The notes under the pieces are model-generated. The model worked only from the letters and a program-made list of their open reading frames with translations. It was not told the origin of the DNA and did no database searches. A stretch of 64,000 nucleotides of DNA from assembly GCF_006345805.1 (NCBI RefSeq), contig NC_043003.1, positions 15,748,001 to 15,812,000 of the forward strand, read 5' to 3'. The DNA comes from Octopus sinensis (Eukaryota). Made by a program: the position numbers and the translations under genes. Of the stretch, positions 14,003 through 26,849 are shown one piece after another (the stretch's first letter is position 1; the number at the start of each line of letters is the position of its first letter).

Positions 14003-14635
14003 TCATTTCTCTTTAATAGCTAACCGTGCATTGCGCAGTGACTGGACCAAGTTGAAGGACTAAAATACTTTTCGAAAAATGTGGAATTATACACTATATT
14101 CCTAAAATCCTGGCCAAAGCAACTCATTTGAAAAGCATTGACAAAACATGAATGAGAAATGTAGCGTTTACATTCAGCATTTGTTAGACTAAACCCAATC
14201 TTTCTCATATAAATAGCCGACTCAACTTCAATGCAGAATTTAATCGAAGTGAAGTAGGCTACGACTGTTTACTTCACGTTGGTTACTGCCCAGATCTCTT
14301 CATACTTGACTGCAACGTTTTCCAAGAACCTTGATAATTTCTTCCAAAGAAAATCTTCAAAAATCAAATGACAACTCAAAATAACTTCATCTCCAAGAGT
14401 GTGTGCTCCTGATTTAAACTGACATGTTTCTTATTAATGAAATTAATTTCGATTAATTACAAAATTTTTCTGAGATGAGATTTGACGTTTTACAATTACT
14501 GATTATAATTCTCGATTACTTTTGTACGAAAATGAACACACACATACACACACACACAAATATATATGCACATACATATGTATGCACCTATGTTTGTATA
14601 TAGACACGCGCTCATATATAATGATATAAATTATG

Positions 14636-14667
<32 letters not shown>

Positions 14668-14669
14668 TG

Positions 14670-14743
<74 letters not shown>

Positions 14744-14832
14744 GTGAGAAATCACAAAAAAAGCAAAAGATGAAGACGGATGTGTAAACAACAAACAGAT
14801 GTATTAGTTTAACGCTCGGGAAGTGAGAATGT

Positions 14833-14869
14833 CCTTTACGTTTCGAGCCTACGCTCTTCGACAGAAAGG
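14833..14869 (-). ncRNA. Minimal hammerhead-like motif, CUGUCGA core variant
   Basis: ccttt-CUGUCGA-a-gagc gtag gctc-GAAA-cgt-a-aagg. A6 is replaced by U; sister copy at 52651. Confidence 0.5.
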
Positions 14870-14901
14870 AGCACAGAAATAATCAGGGAGAGAACATAAT
14901 A

Positions 14902-14944
<43 letters not shown>

Positions 14945-15384
14945 TATATATCCATATATGAGTACAAGATGTCACCAACTGTGTAACATGTGATACGAAA
15001 ACAATCGAGTTAAATACGGTAAGCAAGCGAAAAAAATGGAAAACAGGACAAGTAAACACAGAGAACGACCCTTCATCCGTTGTCGGCTGTTTAGCTACTC
15101 CTCATTTCGAACATCAGATAGATATAGATGTATATAAAATGTGTGTGTGTGTGTCTGAAATTAGCTAAGCGCAGAATTAGTAGATATTTTTTTACACACA
15201 GCTGCGCACAGACACACACACATACACACAATTTGCTTTTCGACTGATTGAAATATGGTAGATTATATCTAGTAGAAAATCCTAAGTATCTATTTGTCCT
15301 GCTAAGTATAATTTGCATAAGAAATACAATTTATATGCAACTCCAAAGTTGGTTTCAAATTTTGAAATAAGGCCAGAAATTTCA

Positions 15385-15565
15385 TGGGAGAGAGGTTGTC
15401 CATTACATCGACCCCAGTGCTCAATTGGTACTTATTTTATATTGACCCCGTAAAGAAGAAGAGCAATGTCGACCTCAACGGAATATGAACTCTGAACTTA
15501 AGGACGGACGAAATGATGCTAAGCATTTCGTCCGTCGTGCTAACAATCTTGCCATATCCCCGACT
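15385..15565 (-). mobile_element. SINE family B, degenerate
   Basis: catcgaccccagtgctcaattggtactta...gcatttcgtccgtcgtgctaac. Confidence 0.7.
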
Positions 15566-17514
15566 TACGCTATTCCAGTATTTAGGACTGTCTTCGATTT
15601 TACCGGCGTATATATGCGTACTTGTGCGTGTGTGAGTGTGTGTGTGCGTATGTGTGTGTGTGTACGCTTCATACACAGACACTCATATACGTATGCATGT
15701 ATGTATATATGTACAGCATTTTATGTTGAATTACTGTAAAAAAAACATTATCTATGGAAGCTTTACTAAAAGCAAAATACAGATCTAAATTAAATACACA
15801 AATATATCACAAGCACGAAACATATCATACCAACATGAAAACAACCAGAATTTACTGTTATATAACTTTAAATCCAGTTTTGAGAATTATATTAGTTGTA
15901 CAACAATACTAAATAACCATTGTGACTTATCGCAAAACGTTTGGACAAAACGCCATTATTACTGTGTAATGTGATTATGATTTTGTGAATGTTTGTAAAA
16001 GTCAGTACAATGCATTTGGAACGTAGTTTGTTGGAAACCAGACAAAGATTTAAAGAGGAAAGATGAAAATCCAGAATACAAGATATGCTATTTGAAGATT
16101 GTCATAGTTTTAATGCAAAACATGCATTTAAGTTTAAAAAAACTATGAGCGTATAATATACATGAATAATGATAAATTATATATCGATAGGAGAGTATAC
16201 ACACACATGTATAAACAAACGTGGTTGCATTCATAAAGATGCGCGCATGATTACACACATTTGCACACACACACACACACACACCACACCCACACACACA
16301 CACACACACACACAAAACACACAACACACACACACAAAAGAAATAAAAAGATATTCATTCTGTTACTACTTTACTGGTTTCATAGAATGCATTTCAGATT
16401 ATTGTGTTTTACCCGAGTACCTATTTCAGTCGGGTATCTTTCTTTATCTTAAGACAATTTGTCGAACCACTGAGTGTTTTATTATAATCAAAGCATATAC
16501 GGAAAGACGCCAACGAGAGCGAAATATAAGTATATATATATGTGTATATATATGTTACGCTTGCGTCGGTGTCTTTCCTTATATCCTTGTTTGTAACAAA
16601 AATATGCATATCTGAATATATGTACATGAATTTTCGGTTAGTTAAAGCATCACTGAGTCATAGTTTAACGTCTAAAGGCATATTCACTGCAGTTACCGTG
16701 GATAAAAAATTCTCTCTCATGGTAAAGATGTAAGAACACCATATCTGCCCAGTGCTTCCCCGTTGCCGACGCTCAGACGCGTTTTTGGTTCTTCAGCCTT
16801 CGTCAGTCGACGTAGCCTTATCTTAAACTTGTCGACATTAGTGGCTGAGTTGCGCTCATAGTCCGCTTGATCGAAATAAATATTGCAGCGTTAGCGCTAC
16901 CAAGTCACTGATGCTGACGGCTCCGAGCTAAGAAAAAAAAAACAATTGGTTTTTTTATAAATATTCTTATTTTTTTAATATCAAGTATACATACTGAAGC
17001 TTTCAGACTAAAAGTTACAACTGAAACATATAGGTCGACTTATGCATGAAGAATAATTTGGAAGGCCAAAAGTCCTATGTGACATGAAGCAGAATTCGAA
17101 AGGATAATGATGAAGTTTCAATGTTTGCACTTCATAATACAAAAAGGAAGCTGTTATCCATAGGTATGACACATCAAACCAGATTCTATAAATAAGAGAA
17201 CGCATCACGTCAGTCAGAATAAAACGTCAAACTGCATGCTAGAAAATATGGTATGTGTGTGAGTGTGTGCGTGTGTGTGTGTGTGTGTGTTTGTGTGTGT
17301 GTGTGCGTGTGCGTGTGTGTGTGCGTGTGTGTGTGCGTGCATGTATGTGTACTCCAGGAATTTCCCAGAGCAGATATTTTAATGCCATTATTCTCATATC
17401 TACTTATTCTCAGTTCCATTTTGCCCACTGGGGCCTCCCTAACTAAAAAAAAACAAACAAACAAAGGAAATATTGTTTGAATTAAAGCATCTTAGACACC
17501 ATTCACAAAATATA

Positions 17515-17566
<52 letters not shown>

Positions 17567-17600
17567 CAACAACAATAACAACAACAGCAACAACAACAAT

Positions 17601-18078
17601 AACCTGACATTATTGTGCTGAACAAAAAAAAAAAACCTTGCATGGTAATCGACATAACATATCCTGGCGAATTAAAGAATTAAAGAGAAAGAATTAAAGA
17701 GAAAGAAGGAAAAGTGAACTACTATGACGATTTGAAGTGCAAAAATACGCGCAAATTGTGGGCAATAAAGAGAGTGGACGTGATACCAGTAGTAACTGGC
17801 GCGCTTGGAAATATCAGCACTCAACTACCAACAAGGTTAAACAAGATTGGTGCTACTGTGAAGATAGAACACTTACAAAAATCATCATTGCTTGGAACTG
17901 CAACAGTTTTCTGCAAGCTTCTTGAAGCATGATCAGTAAAATAAGCTGAGACTTTTCATCAAATAATATCAGTGGTTCTCATGGCATCTGATATTAAGTG
18001 ACTACTGCAGAATTTCTTGTCAGCTGTTTGACCCTAACCAGGTGAGCTTGTCTCTTAATGGCTGAAGATATGTGCATC

Positions 18079-18080
<2 letters not shown>
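17601..18080 (+). mobile_element. R4/Dong-like non-LTR 3' fragment (restriction-like endonuclease) between (TAA)n tracts
   Basis: VIDITYP...YYDDLK...LWAIKRVDVIPVVTGALG...LQKSSLLGTA; frameshifted. (AAT)n at ~17515-17560 and 18080-18120. Confidence 0.75.
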
Positions 18081-18120
<40 letters not shown>

Positions 18121-18683
18121 TACCCTGATGCAGTACCAGACAGTGGCTCTCATGGTTTCTGATCTTACCTGATTGGAAGTGTTATCATGTACATTGTTTT
18201 GTCTTGGTATAAAAGATGGGCTACAGCAAATATTCTGCTCAATACCACAGATTTGCTCGTCAGTTGTTTGACCTTAACCAGTTGAGCATGTTCCTTAGTG
18301 GCTGATGATATGTGCATCTCTGATCACGAGCAGAAGTAGTGGGGGAGCATCATAGCCATGTGTTGAAAGGGATTCTTTGGGGTTTGAATAATTAACCTCT
18401 GGAGACATGGGTGTTTCATTCAACATCCTTAAGCAACCCTTATTCAAGGACCTTTTGAGCAGGATGGGTTACTCAACCAGAAAATTCTAACTGGGCCCCA
18501 CCTGCAAGGTCATGCGCTGTTTATCTTGATATGAGATCACTATGTCGCGCACATATTGTTGTGATTCATGAGCCTAGTGTACCCTTATCAGACGGGTAGT
18601 CATGATGGGTATACGGGGCTTCATATATTTTACCCCAGTGTCACTTTGATGGCATGCACTGCTCTCTCACTCAACAGCAACAA
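18121..18683 (+). mobile_element. Non-coding retroposon-like repeat flanked by (TAA)n, ending gatggcatgcactgctctctcactc
   Basis: (TAA)n-type tracts on both sides. 18225-18320 is similar to 17990-18078. The same 3' end recurs at ~31852 and ~32565. Confidence 0.6.
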
Positions 18684-18709
18684 CAACAACAACAATAATA
18701 ATAATAATA

Positions 18710-18768
<59 letters not shown>

Positions 18769-19662
18769 GTAATAATGGTAATAATAATAATGGTAAACTT
18801 ATTGGGCTATTTCTGTAAAAATGTATCCAAAAAGCCTAACTGCGTAGCCTGTGTTGTTTCTGTATGAAAAGATTGTCGCTCGTCTGCTGCGTAGCATTTA
18901 AAAGTGAAAGAAATTGGAATACGATGATTACTTAATGCACTTTATATATTTTATGCACAATTTTATAGACTTAATACGCAGAACTCATAAAATAAATATT
19001 CACACTTATTTTTCCATTTTCCCCATAAAGAACAAAAAAAATCTCGTACATATGGTACAACATTTAGTTAAATTGCATATATTTACCACGTAAATAAGCG
19101 CGAATATTTCAAGAAATGGCACTTATATGCATCGGTTAAGTGATAGGTGATATAAAAAACTTGGTTGAATTTTATAAAATACACTTTTCACTATCCAATC
19201 GCCACAACCACCACCATCACCAACACCCCCTCACCACAACCCTCTCTCAGTCTCTCTCTCTCTCCTCCCTCTCTCTCTCTCTCTCGGCCTTTTTAAAATC
19301 TCACCATCTGATAAAATTACTACGCTGCCCCTACCTCACATCATGGACGCTTCTCTCTTTTTCTCTCTCCGTCTTTTTTTCTATCTCTCTATTTCTTTCT
19401 CCCACTTTCTGTGTTACTCTTCACCTTATTCTCTTTTTCTATTTCCTTTTCCTTTCTCCTTTCTTTCTCTCCAACTAATCCCGTAAAAGCTTTACAATTA
19501 CATTCCCTCTACCTCATGTCAGGGACGCTTCTCTCTCCTCTTTTTCTCATTCCCTCTTTTTCTCTCTCCCTCTTTTTCTCTAACCACGTGAAAGCGTTAC
19601 TGACGTGCTACGTAACGCAATGACAAGCAGAATTATCAAAAGATAATTATCATCATCATCAT

Positions 19663-19797
19663 TATTATTATTATTCCTTCACAACACAGTGCAGGTAAAA
19701 ATGCAGTCTTTAGTCATCACAACAAGGACCTCAGAGAGATAATCCTTTCCTTAAGATGTGCGCTGTGCCCAAAGCTGCTTTTTGCAAGACATCAATC
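19663..19797 (-). mobile_element. R4/Dong-like extreme 3' end
   Basis: VLQKAALGTAHILRK followed by a short UTR and an (AAT)n tail. Confidence 0.7.
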
Positions 19798-19838
19798 TTT
19801 ATTATTATTATTATTATTATATTATTATTATTATTATT

Positions 19839-20434
19839 CAGTAGTTTTATTTTTATATCGTGCTTTCACTTCACTACCGAGCGCAGCTCTGTGTGCCTTG
19901 GGTATGTGCTGTGATTTGTTGTGATGCTCTGATGGTTATTGTATGGAAAGTGTTCTGCGTAGGATGTGTGCAGTGCCTAGTAGTGCAATTTTCTGTATGT
20001 TTATGTGTTTGTAAGTCCTGGTGTTTTTGTTATGTATTGTCTGAATATTTTTTATCATGCCTAATGCACCTACTATGATAGGAATTGTTTCTGTTTTCAG
20101 ATTCCACATTCTAGTTACCTCTATTTCCAGGTCTTTGTATTTTGAGAGTTTCTCCATTTCTTTTAGAGACACGTTGTCATCTGCCGGTATTGATACATCA
20201 ATTAGAAAGCATTTTTTTTCTTCATGATCTCTGACAACTATATCTGGTCTGTTGGCCTTAATTTCTCTATCTGTGTGTATCGGCATATCCCAGAGTATGG
20301 TTGCTTTCTCGTTTTCTGTGACCTTTTCTGGTGTGTGCCTATACCATCTTTTTTCTGTTGTTATTCCATAATGTTGTCATAGCTTCCAATGTATGTAGGT
20401 TCCAACTCTGTCATGTCTGTGAATATATTCCTCC

Positions 20435-20435
<1 letters not shown>
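19839..20435 (-). mobile_element. R4/Dong-like non-LTR 3' fragment with restriction-like endonuclease domain
   Basis: EYIHRHDRVGTYIHWKL...WYRHTPEKVTENEKATILWDMPIHTDREIKANRPDIVVRD...LIDVSIP...EKLSKYKDL...PIIVGALG...QKIALLGTAHILRRTL. (TAA)n on both sides. Confidence 0.9.
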
Positions 20436-20471
<36 letters not shown>

Positions 20472-21572
20472 GTTATTATTATAGATTCTTACATCACATC
20501 ACATTTAAATTCTGATCTAAAGTTTTTGTGTGTGCTTTATATATGATGCTATATATAACTTTATTGAAGGTGTAAGTAAAATGACCTTATATATGAGTGT
20601 TTGCCATTTTTCACCAATATACACGATGTCGAGTCATTGTCAGCTTTCAAGTAATCATTGATATTTGCATACATATCTTATATATATATATATATATATA
20701 TATATGAATTCTCATATTGATAGCTGTGGGTGTATGTGTTGATTTTGTCTGCTTTACAGAAGATAAATATTATTCAGTGAAAGTTTATTGATCCTATAGT
20801 TTATGGTGGTTTACCATTTATCTTTATTTTGCGATCTCTTTGATATCTCGTCGAACTAATTTATAGCTGAGTGTTCTTCATTTAGTAATAATGCTACAAT
20901 CCTAAATGGCTTAGAAATCATTACAGATATGCTTAGTAATTTCGCAACATTTCTCAACAGCTAAATAACTATTAAATGTCTATTAACTGCTGCTATTTAA
21001 GAGCCATCATGTGCAGGCAAATATTATATATTTGAGGACGTTTATATGCAGCGCCGTCGACATCATAAATACAGTTATAAAACATAGCCGCTACACAAAT
21101 TGGTATTGTCAGCTTTTAGACATAGATTCACAAATTATAATGCTCTTTTACGTACATCTTCAAATGTGTGCTAATGAAGGTAAAACATCTGAAATATTGA
21201 AAATAAAACCAACATTTTACTTAAAGCATACAATAAAAACAAAATGCATCTACGACTATAAAAAGTATTACGTTGCCATAATATATACAGTCAGGAAATT
21301 CTGTCTTTCAAGAAGACAGGAAATTGGTTGTTGATTTCAAAAGACTTCGAGTAATGTTCGAGTATGTCTCATGAAAATACATTAAACTTCTGCAAAATAA
21401 CAGCAGGATACATCGCATGTTACCACGTTGCCCGTACGACGGCATCGGATGCTGTGTGTCCTCTCCAACTATAAACACACACAAACTCGTAAGCATATAT
21501 ATAATATAATTTAATATAGTACAATATAACGGTAAATAATATGTAAATATATGTATATATAAAATATGTGAT

Positions 21573-21946
21573 AGGCGTAGGAGTGGCTGTGTTGTAAGTA
21601 GCTTGCTTCCGGGTTCAGTTCCACTGCGTGGCACCTTGGGCAAGTGTCTTCTACTATAGCCTCGGGCCGACCAAAGCTTTGTGAGTGGATTTGGTAGACG
21701 GAAACTGAAAGAAGCTTGTCGTATAAATGTATGTGTGTGTAAATGATTGTATATCTGTGTTTGTCCCCCCAAATTGCTTGACAACCGATGCTGGTGTGTT
21801 TACGTCCCCGTAACTAGCGGTTCGGCAAAAGAGACCGATAGAATAAGTACTAGGTTTACAAAGAATAAGTCCTGGGGTGGATTTGCTCGACTAAAACGGT
21901 GGTACTCCAGCATAGCCGCAGGCAAATGACTGAAACAAGTAAAGAG
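21573..21946 (+). mobile_element. SINE family A, near full length
   Basis: Family match. Confidence 0.85.
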
Positions 21947-21978
<32 letters not shown>

Positions 21979-22140
21979 ATAATAATAATAATAAATAAGA
22001 GAGTGGTCACTATGTGGCTCACTCTAGCACTAGTAATAATCCATAGGTTTCAACACAAAAATACATGTTTCCCATGAAAGTCAGTACGATTGTTAGCTCA
22101 CACGAACAGGGCAAATAAAAAATAACAAAAATACAGATTA

Positions 22141-22220
22141 TTTTGGGACAATTGTTTCGCTATTAATGAATTAAATGTAATTTTATATATCACAAACTCA
22201 CTTGTAGCTCCTCAGCCAAA
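22141..22220 (-). ncRNA. Type I hammerhead ribozyme, complete core (left arm copy)
   Basis: tttgg-CUGAGGA-gcta...tagc-GAAA-caattgt-C-ccaaa. Confidence 0.8.
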
Positions 22221-23172
22221 CTATCTGGATGAAATCCCTCAATGACACGCCAGATTTTACCATAACGATAAATACACGTGTGGTTCAATTGATTACATCC
22301 GACGTTATAATTCAAATGCCCCTACCAACAGCGCGCCAACTTTCACGGAAACAGATACTACATTTAGAAATAAATGCAGCATAATTATAATTAATAAGGG
22401 TGAGATAATTAGATACTAATTTAATAGTATACCTATTCAACACCAGTGGCCCAGTGCCCCGAGAAACCTGGATTATTATAATATTTTATAACATATTATA
22501 ATTTTATACAAAAATAATATAAGAATGTGTCACTATGTGGCTCACTCTAGCACTAGTAATAGATCCAATAGGTTTCAACCACAAAAATACATGTTTCCCA
22601 TGAAAGTCAGTACGATTGTTAGCTCACACGAACAGGGCAAATAAACAATAATATATATATATACACACACACACTCCCATATATATAATTATAATATATA
22701 TATATATATTATATATATATATTGGGAGTGTGTGTGCGTGTATATATATATATTATTTTTTATTTGCCCTGTTCGTGTGAGCTAACATCGTACTGACTTC
22801 ATGGAAACATGTATTTTTGTGGTTGAAACCTATTGGACTATACTAGTGCTAGAGTGAGCACATAGTGACCACTCTCTTATATTTATTTTTGTATAAATAT
22901 TATAATATGTTATAAAAATTATATAATCCAGGTTTCTCGGGGCCTGGCCACTTGTGTTGAATATGTATACTATTAATTAGTATCTAATTCTCTCACCCTT
23001 ATTAATTATAATTATGCTGCATTTATTTCTAAATGTAGTATCTGTTTCTGTGAAAGTTTGGCGCCTGTTGGTAGGCATTTGATATAACGTCGGATGTAAT
23101 CAATTGAACCACACGTGTATTTATCGTTATGGTAAAATCTGGCGTGTCATTGAGTGGATTTCATCCAGATAG

Positions 23173-23249
23173 TTTTGGCTGAGGAGCTACAAGTGAGTTA
23201 TGTGAGTAAAATTACTTTAATCATTAATAGCGAAACAATTGTCCCAAAA
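23173..23249 (+). ncRNA. Type I hammerhead ribozyme, complete core (right arm copy)
   Basis: Stem I ttttgg/ccaaaa, CUGAGGA at 23179-85, stem II gcta/tagc, GAAA at 23232-35, palindromic stem III acaattgt, GUC with predicted cleavage after 23243. Confidence 0.85.
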
Positions 23250-23415
23250 ATATCTGTATTTTTGTTATTTTTTATTTGCCTGTTCGTGTGAGCTAACAAT
23301 CGTATGACTTTCATGGGAAACTGTATTTTTGTGGTTGAAACCTATTGGATCTATTACTAGTGCTAGAGTGAGCCACATAGTGACCACTCTCGTATATTTA
23401 TTATTATTATTATTT

Positions 23416-23483
<68 letters not shown>

Positions 23484-23518
23484 CTCTTTACTCTTACATA
23501 CACTTATATATATATATA

Positions 23519-23552
<34 letters not shown>

Positions 23553-23955
23553 TGTATGTGTATGTATGCATATAAAAGAGTAGAACGAATTTATAGTTAT
23601 TATATGCATTATTAAACAATTTTGAGCTAAGAGAAATAACTCTGACCAGGCAGTGACATTAATGTGCCTCACAAAGATGAAGGATATACTAAATAATGAT
23701 AATTTTTCACTTACTGAAAATAATTTTACACCTAGAGAAGGTAAGCAAACACCAAGTGGTGCTTACATACGTACACACACACAGGCATCCATATACATAC
23801 ATGCGTACATTACTCATACGTGTATAATGTAGAAAAATAATATGCATGTTTACTATTGGCTAAAAATATAAAAGCGAAAATGAGTAGAAATAATATTGTC
23901 TGCGACTAAACCTATGAATATATTCGAAAAGAAATGGCATTCTGAAACTGGTTAC

Positions 23956-24323
23956 TTATTACCCTGCGCGCGTAAGAGAAAGCAGAATTTTATATTCGCT
24001 GGTCTTTGACTGTCTGTGTGTTTGAAAAATTACTGGAACACGGCTGAACGGATTTTCTCCAAATTTGGTAGAAATGCTCATTGGGTGAGTGGCTCGAACT
24101 CATTATTTTGGTTTGTTTATCTTTAAAACTGACGGACGGGTGAATCAAAATGTTTTTTTTTCTTTATTTGTTATATATGCATAAACGATAAACAGGGGAA
24201 ATAACACTTGATGTCATTTTGTTGAAATATGAATTCATCTGAGAATATATTTATTAAATTAAATTTCTTTTTACCCTTGAGTGCGCGGAGGGTATGCATC
24301 GCCCCTCCGATGCCTTTTTTTTT
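23956..24323 (+). mobile_element. Helentron-associated (DINE-1/HINE-like) non-autonomous element
   Basis: Subterminal inverted repeats taccctgcgcgc (23960-71) / gcgcggagggta (24283-94), 3' hairpin gcatcg-cccctc-cgatgc, then a T-run. Confidence 0.75.
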
Positions 24324-24454
24324 CGTCATTATATTGTCATCTATATTATGTATTATGTGTCTACATATAAATAAATCATTTTCTAGGTCATAACAAGCTG
24401 GAATGTTGTAACACAAACATGCACACAGATAAACACACAGATATTGTTGAGAAG

Positions 24455-24606
24455 CATGGCTGCGAGATTAAGAAAATCTCATTGCAATCACGTTGTGTCA
24501 GGTTCAATCCCACTACCCCACAACTTGGCCAAGTGTTTTCTACTCTAATCCCGGGTCGACCAATGATCTGTGAATGAATCTGGTTGATGGAAACTGAAAG
24601 AAACCT
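24455..24606 (+). mobile_element. SINE family A head, degenerate
   Basis: ggttcaatcccact...cttggccaagtg...ggaaactgaaagaa. Confidence 0.65.
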
Positions 24607-24939
24607 GTAATTTTATGTGCCTCTCGAAATTAAACACGTTTGTCAATGAGGCTCTTATACATTCGGCGTTTAAAATATATAGAATGGGAATGATTAGTAT
24701 ATCTCTGTTCATAGATCAGTCTGGAATTGTCTGACCTGGCATTAAACGACAACAAAAATGAAAGCGAGAACAACACTGACCACTCGAATAAAACTACAGT
24801 AAAACGAAACAAATGACACTAAATTATAAATGGCAACGGTTCTATAGAAGGAACAAAAAATCATACATTAACATTTTCTATTAAATATAGAAGGCCTTAA
24901 ATTTCAAAGGAGAGGACTAGTCGATACTTCATTTTATCG

Positions 24940-25718
24940 ACACTGGTAATTTATTTTATCGACACCAAAAAGATGAAAAGCAAATTCAACCTCGACGACA
25001 TTTGAACTCAAAACGTTAGGGCTGTCGAAATACCGTTAAGGAATTCTTTGTCCGACGTGCTAAAAATTCTTGTTTCTTTACTACCCACAGGGAGCTAAAC
25101 ACAGAGGGAACAAACAAGGACAGACAAAAGGATTAAGTCGATTATATCGACCCCAGTGCGCAACTGGTACTTATTTAATCGACCCCAAAAGGATGAAAGG
25201 CACAGTCGACCTCGGCGGAATTTGAACTCAGAACATAAGGACAGGTGAAATACCTATTTCTTTACTACCCACAAGGGGCTAAACACAGAGGGAACACACG
25301 AAGACAGACAAACGGATTAAGTTGATTATATCAACCTCAGTGCGTAACTGGTACTTATTTAATCGACCCCGAAAGGATGAAAGGCAAAGTTGACCTCGGC
25401 GGAATTTGAACTCAGAACGTAGCGGCAGATGAAATACTACTGCGCATTTCGCCCGGCGTGCTAACGATTCTGCCAGCTCAACGCCTTAAAATCATGCATT
25501 GAAGTCGGTTTCAAAGTTTGACACAAGGCCGGAAATTTTCATGGAGGGGGTGGGACTTGTTTACATCGACCCTCAATGTTCAACTGGTACGTATTATATT
25601 TTAGGAGGCAAAGTCGATTTCAGCTGAAATTGAACTCAGAAAATAAAAACGGTTGAAATGCCGCTTAGTATTATTCTTCCTGTCCGGCGTATTAACGATT
25701 CTACCTGCTTGCCGCCTT
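24940..25718 (-). mobile_element. Cluster of SINE family B copies including a head-to-tail dimer (25074-25486)
   Basis: Repeated B core; junction gaaatacctatttctttactacccac at ~25248-25272. Confidence 0.85.
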
Positions 25719-26465
25719 AGAAACATGCATTAATATCGACAAGAAAACAACAGCAACAATATCAACATCATAAACAATGATAACAATAACAACACGATTC
25801 TCACTGAGTAACATCGATTGCAATGAAAGTAGAATCTTCAAAAATGAAAGCAAAACGAAATAAACATGAAATATGCAAAAAAAAACAACAAAAATATCCG
25901 GCAACAACACAGACAATATCAACACATCAATGACAGCAACAGTAGTAGTCACAGCAGCAGCAGCAGCAGTAACAGCAGTGATAATAATAATAATATTAAT
26001 AAAAACAATAATGACAAGGCTATAGCACCATCAAAAAATATTCGGAAATAAATAGCCTTAGTACACCAAAGACAGAGATATGCAAGGAATATCAAAGATG
26101 AAAAATGGCCGCGAGGAAAATATGGATCGCGTTTTATTGAAACACCTGCAAAGGTACGATGATAATTTGAATGCTTGCGTTTGAGGCAGATTAGATGTTA
26201 GTAGTTTGGTGGCGGTGGTGGTGGTGGTGGTGGCGGAGGCGGTGGTGGTGGTGGCGGCGGCGGTGGTGGTGCTGGTGCTGCTGCTACTGGTTGTGTTGAC
26301 AATAATGGTAGTCGTGTTCTGGTTAAATGGTAGTATTGGTTGTATCGATGTTGGTGGTTGTTAGTAGTGGATTTGTAGGTGTTGATGGCTACTGCTAGTG
26401 GTTGCGGTGGTACTGACTTTATTCGTAATGCTGGTGATGTTTATGTTTTTGAATGGGACACACAA

Positions 26466-26505
<40 letters not shown>

Positions 26506-26613
26506 GTATATACGACGGGCTTCTTCCAGTTTTCATCTACCAAATCTTTCTCCTTCTTCACCCCCTTTCTTTCTCTCTCTCTCACACACTTTCTCTCCTT
26601 GCATCTATTTATA

Positions 26614-26849
26614 CAGAGTGTTCAAAAAGTGTCTCCGCGGTAAGAATTTAGTGGTTTTTCGGGTGATTCTTGTACACTGGTCCTTTACTTGCTCCCCAGA
26701 AAAAAAAAATGTCTGGCGGTATTACAATCAGGTGATGTTGGTGGCCAAAGTCCCTTCGAAGTAATCTGTTCACCGAAAAACTCTTGAAGTAGAGACTTGG
26801 TGATGCGCAGGATGAAAGAAATTCACTGCGGATAGACTTTTTGAACACC

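Larger units (their letters stand above)
21945..23470. repeat. ~1.5-kb near-perfect palindrome (A-B-A | A'-B'-A'), centre ~22700
   Basis: The arms are reverse complements differing mainly by 1-2-nt indels. The ~125-bp A segment is directly repeated at ~520-bp spacing in each arm. Confidence 0.9.

Noticed and set aside
16771-16811. Minus-strand CUGACGA...acgcguc hammerhead-like motif
   Set aside because: GAAA is mutated and stems I and II are broken; probably a decayed copy, so not listed as a feature.
21011-21334. 107-aa ORF in unique AT-rich sequence
   Set aside because: No recognisable domain; only a 60-bp part is retained as a weak exon candidate.
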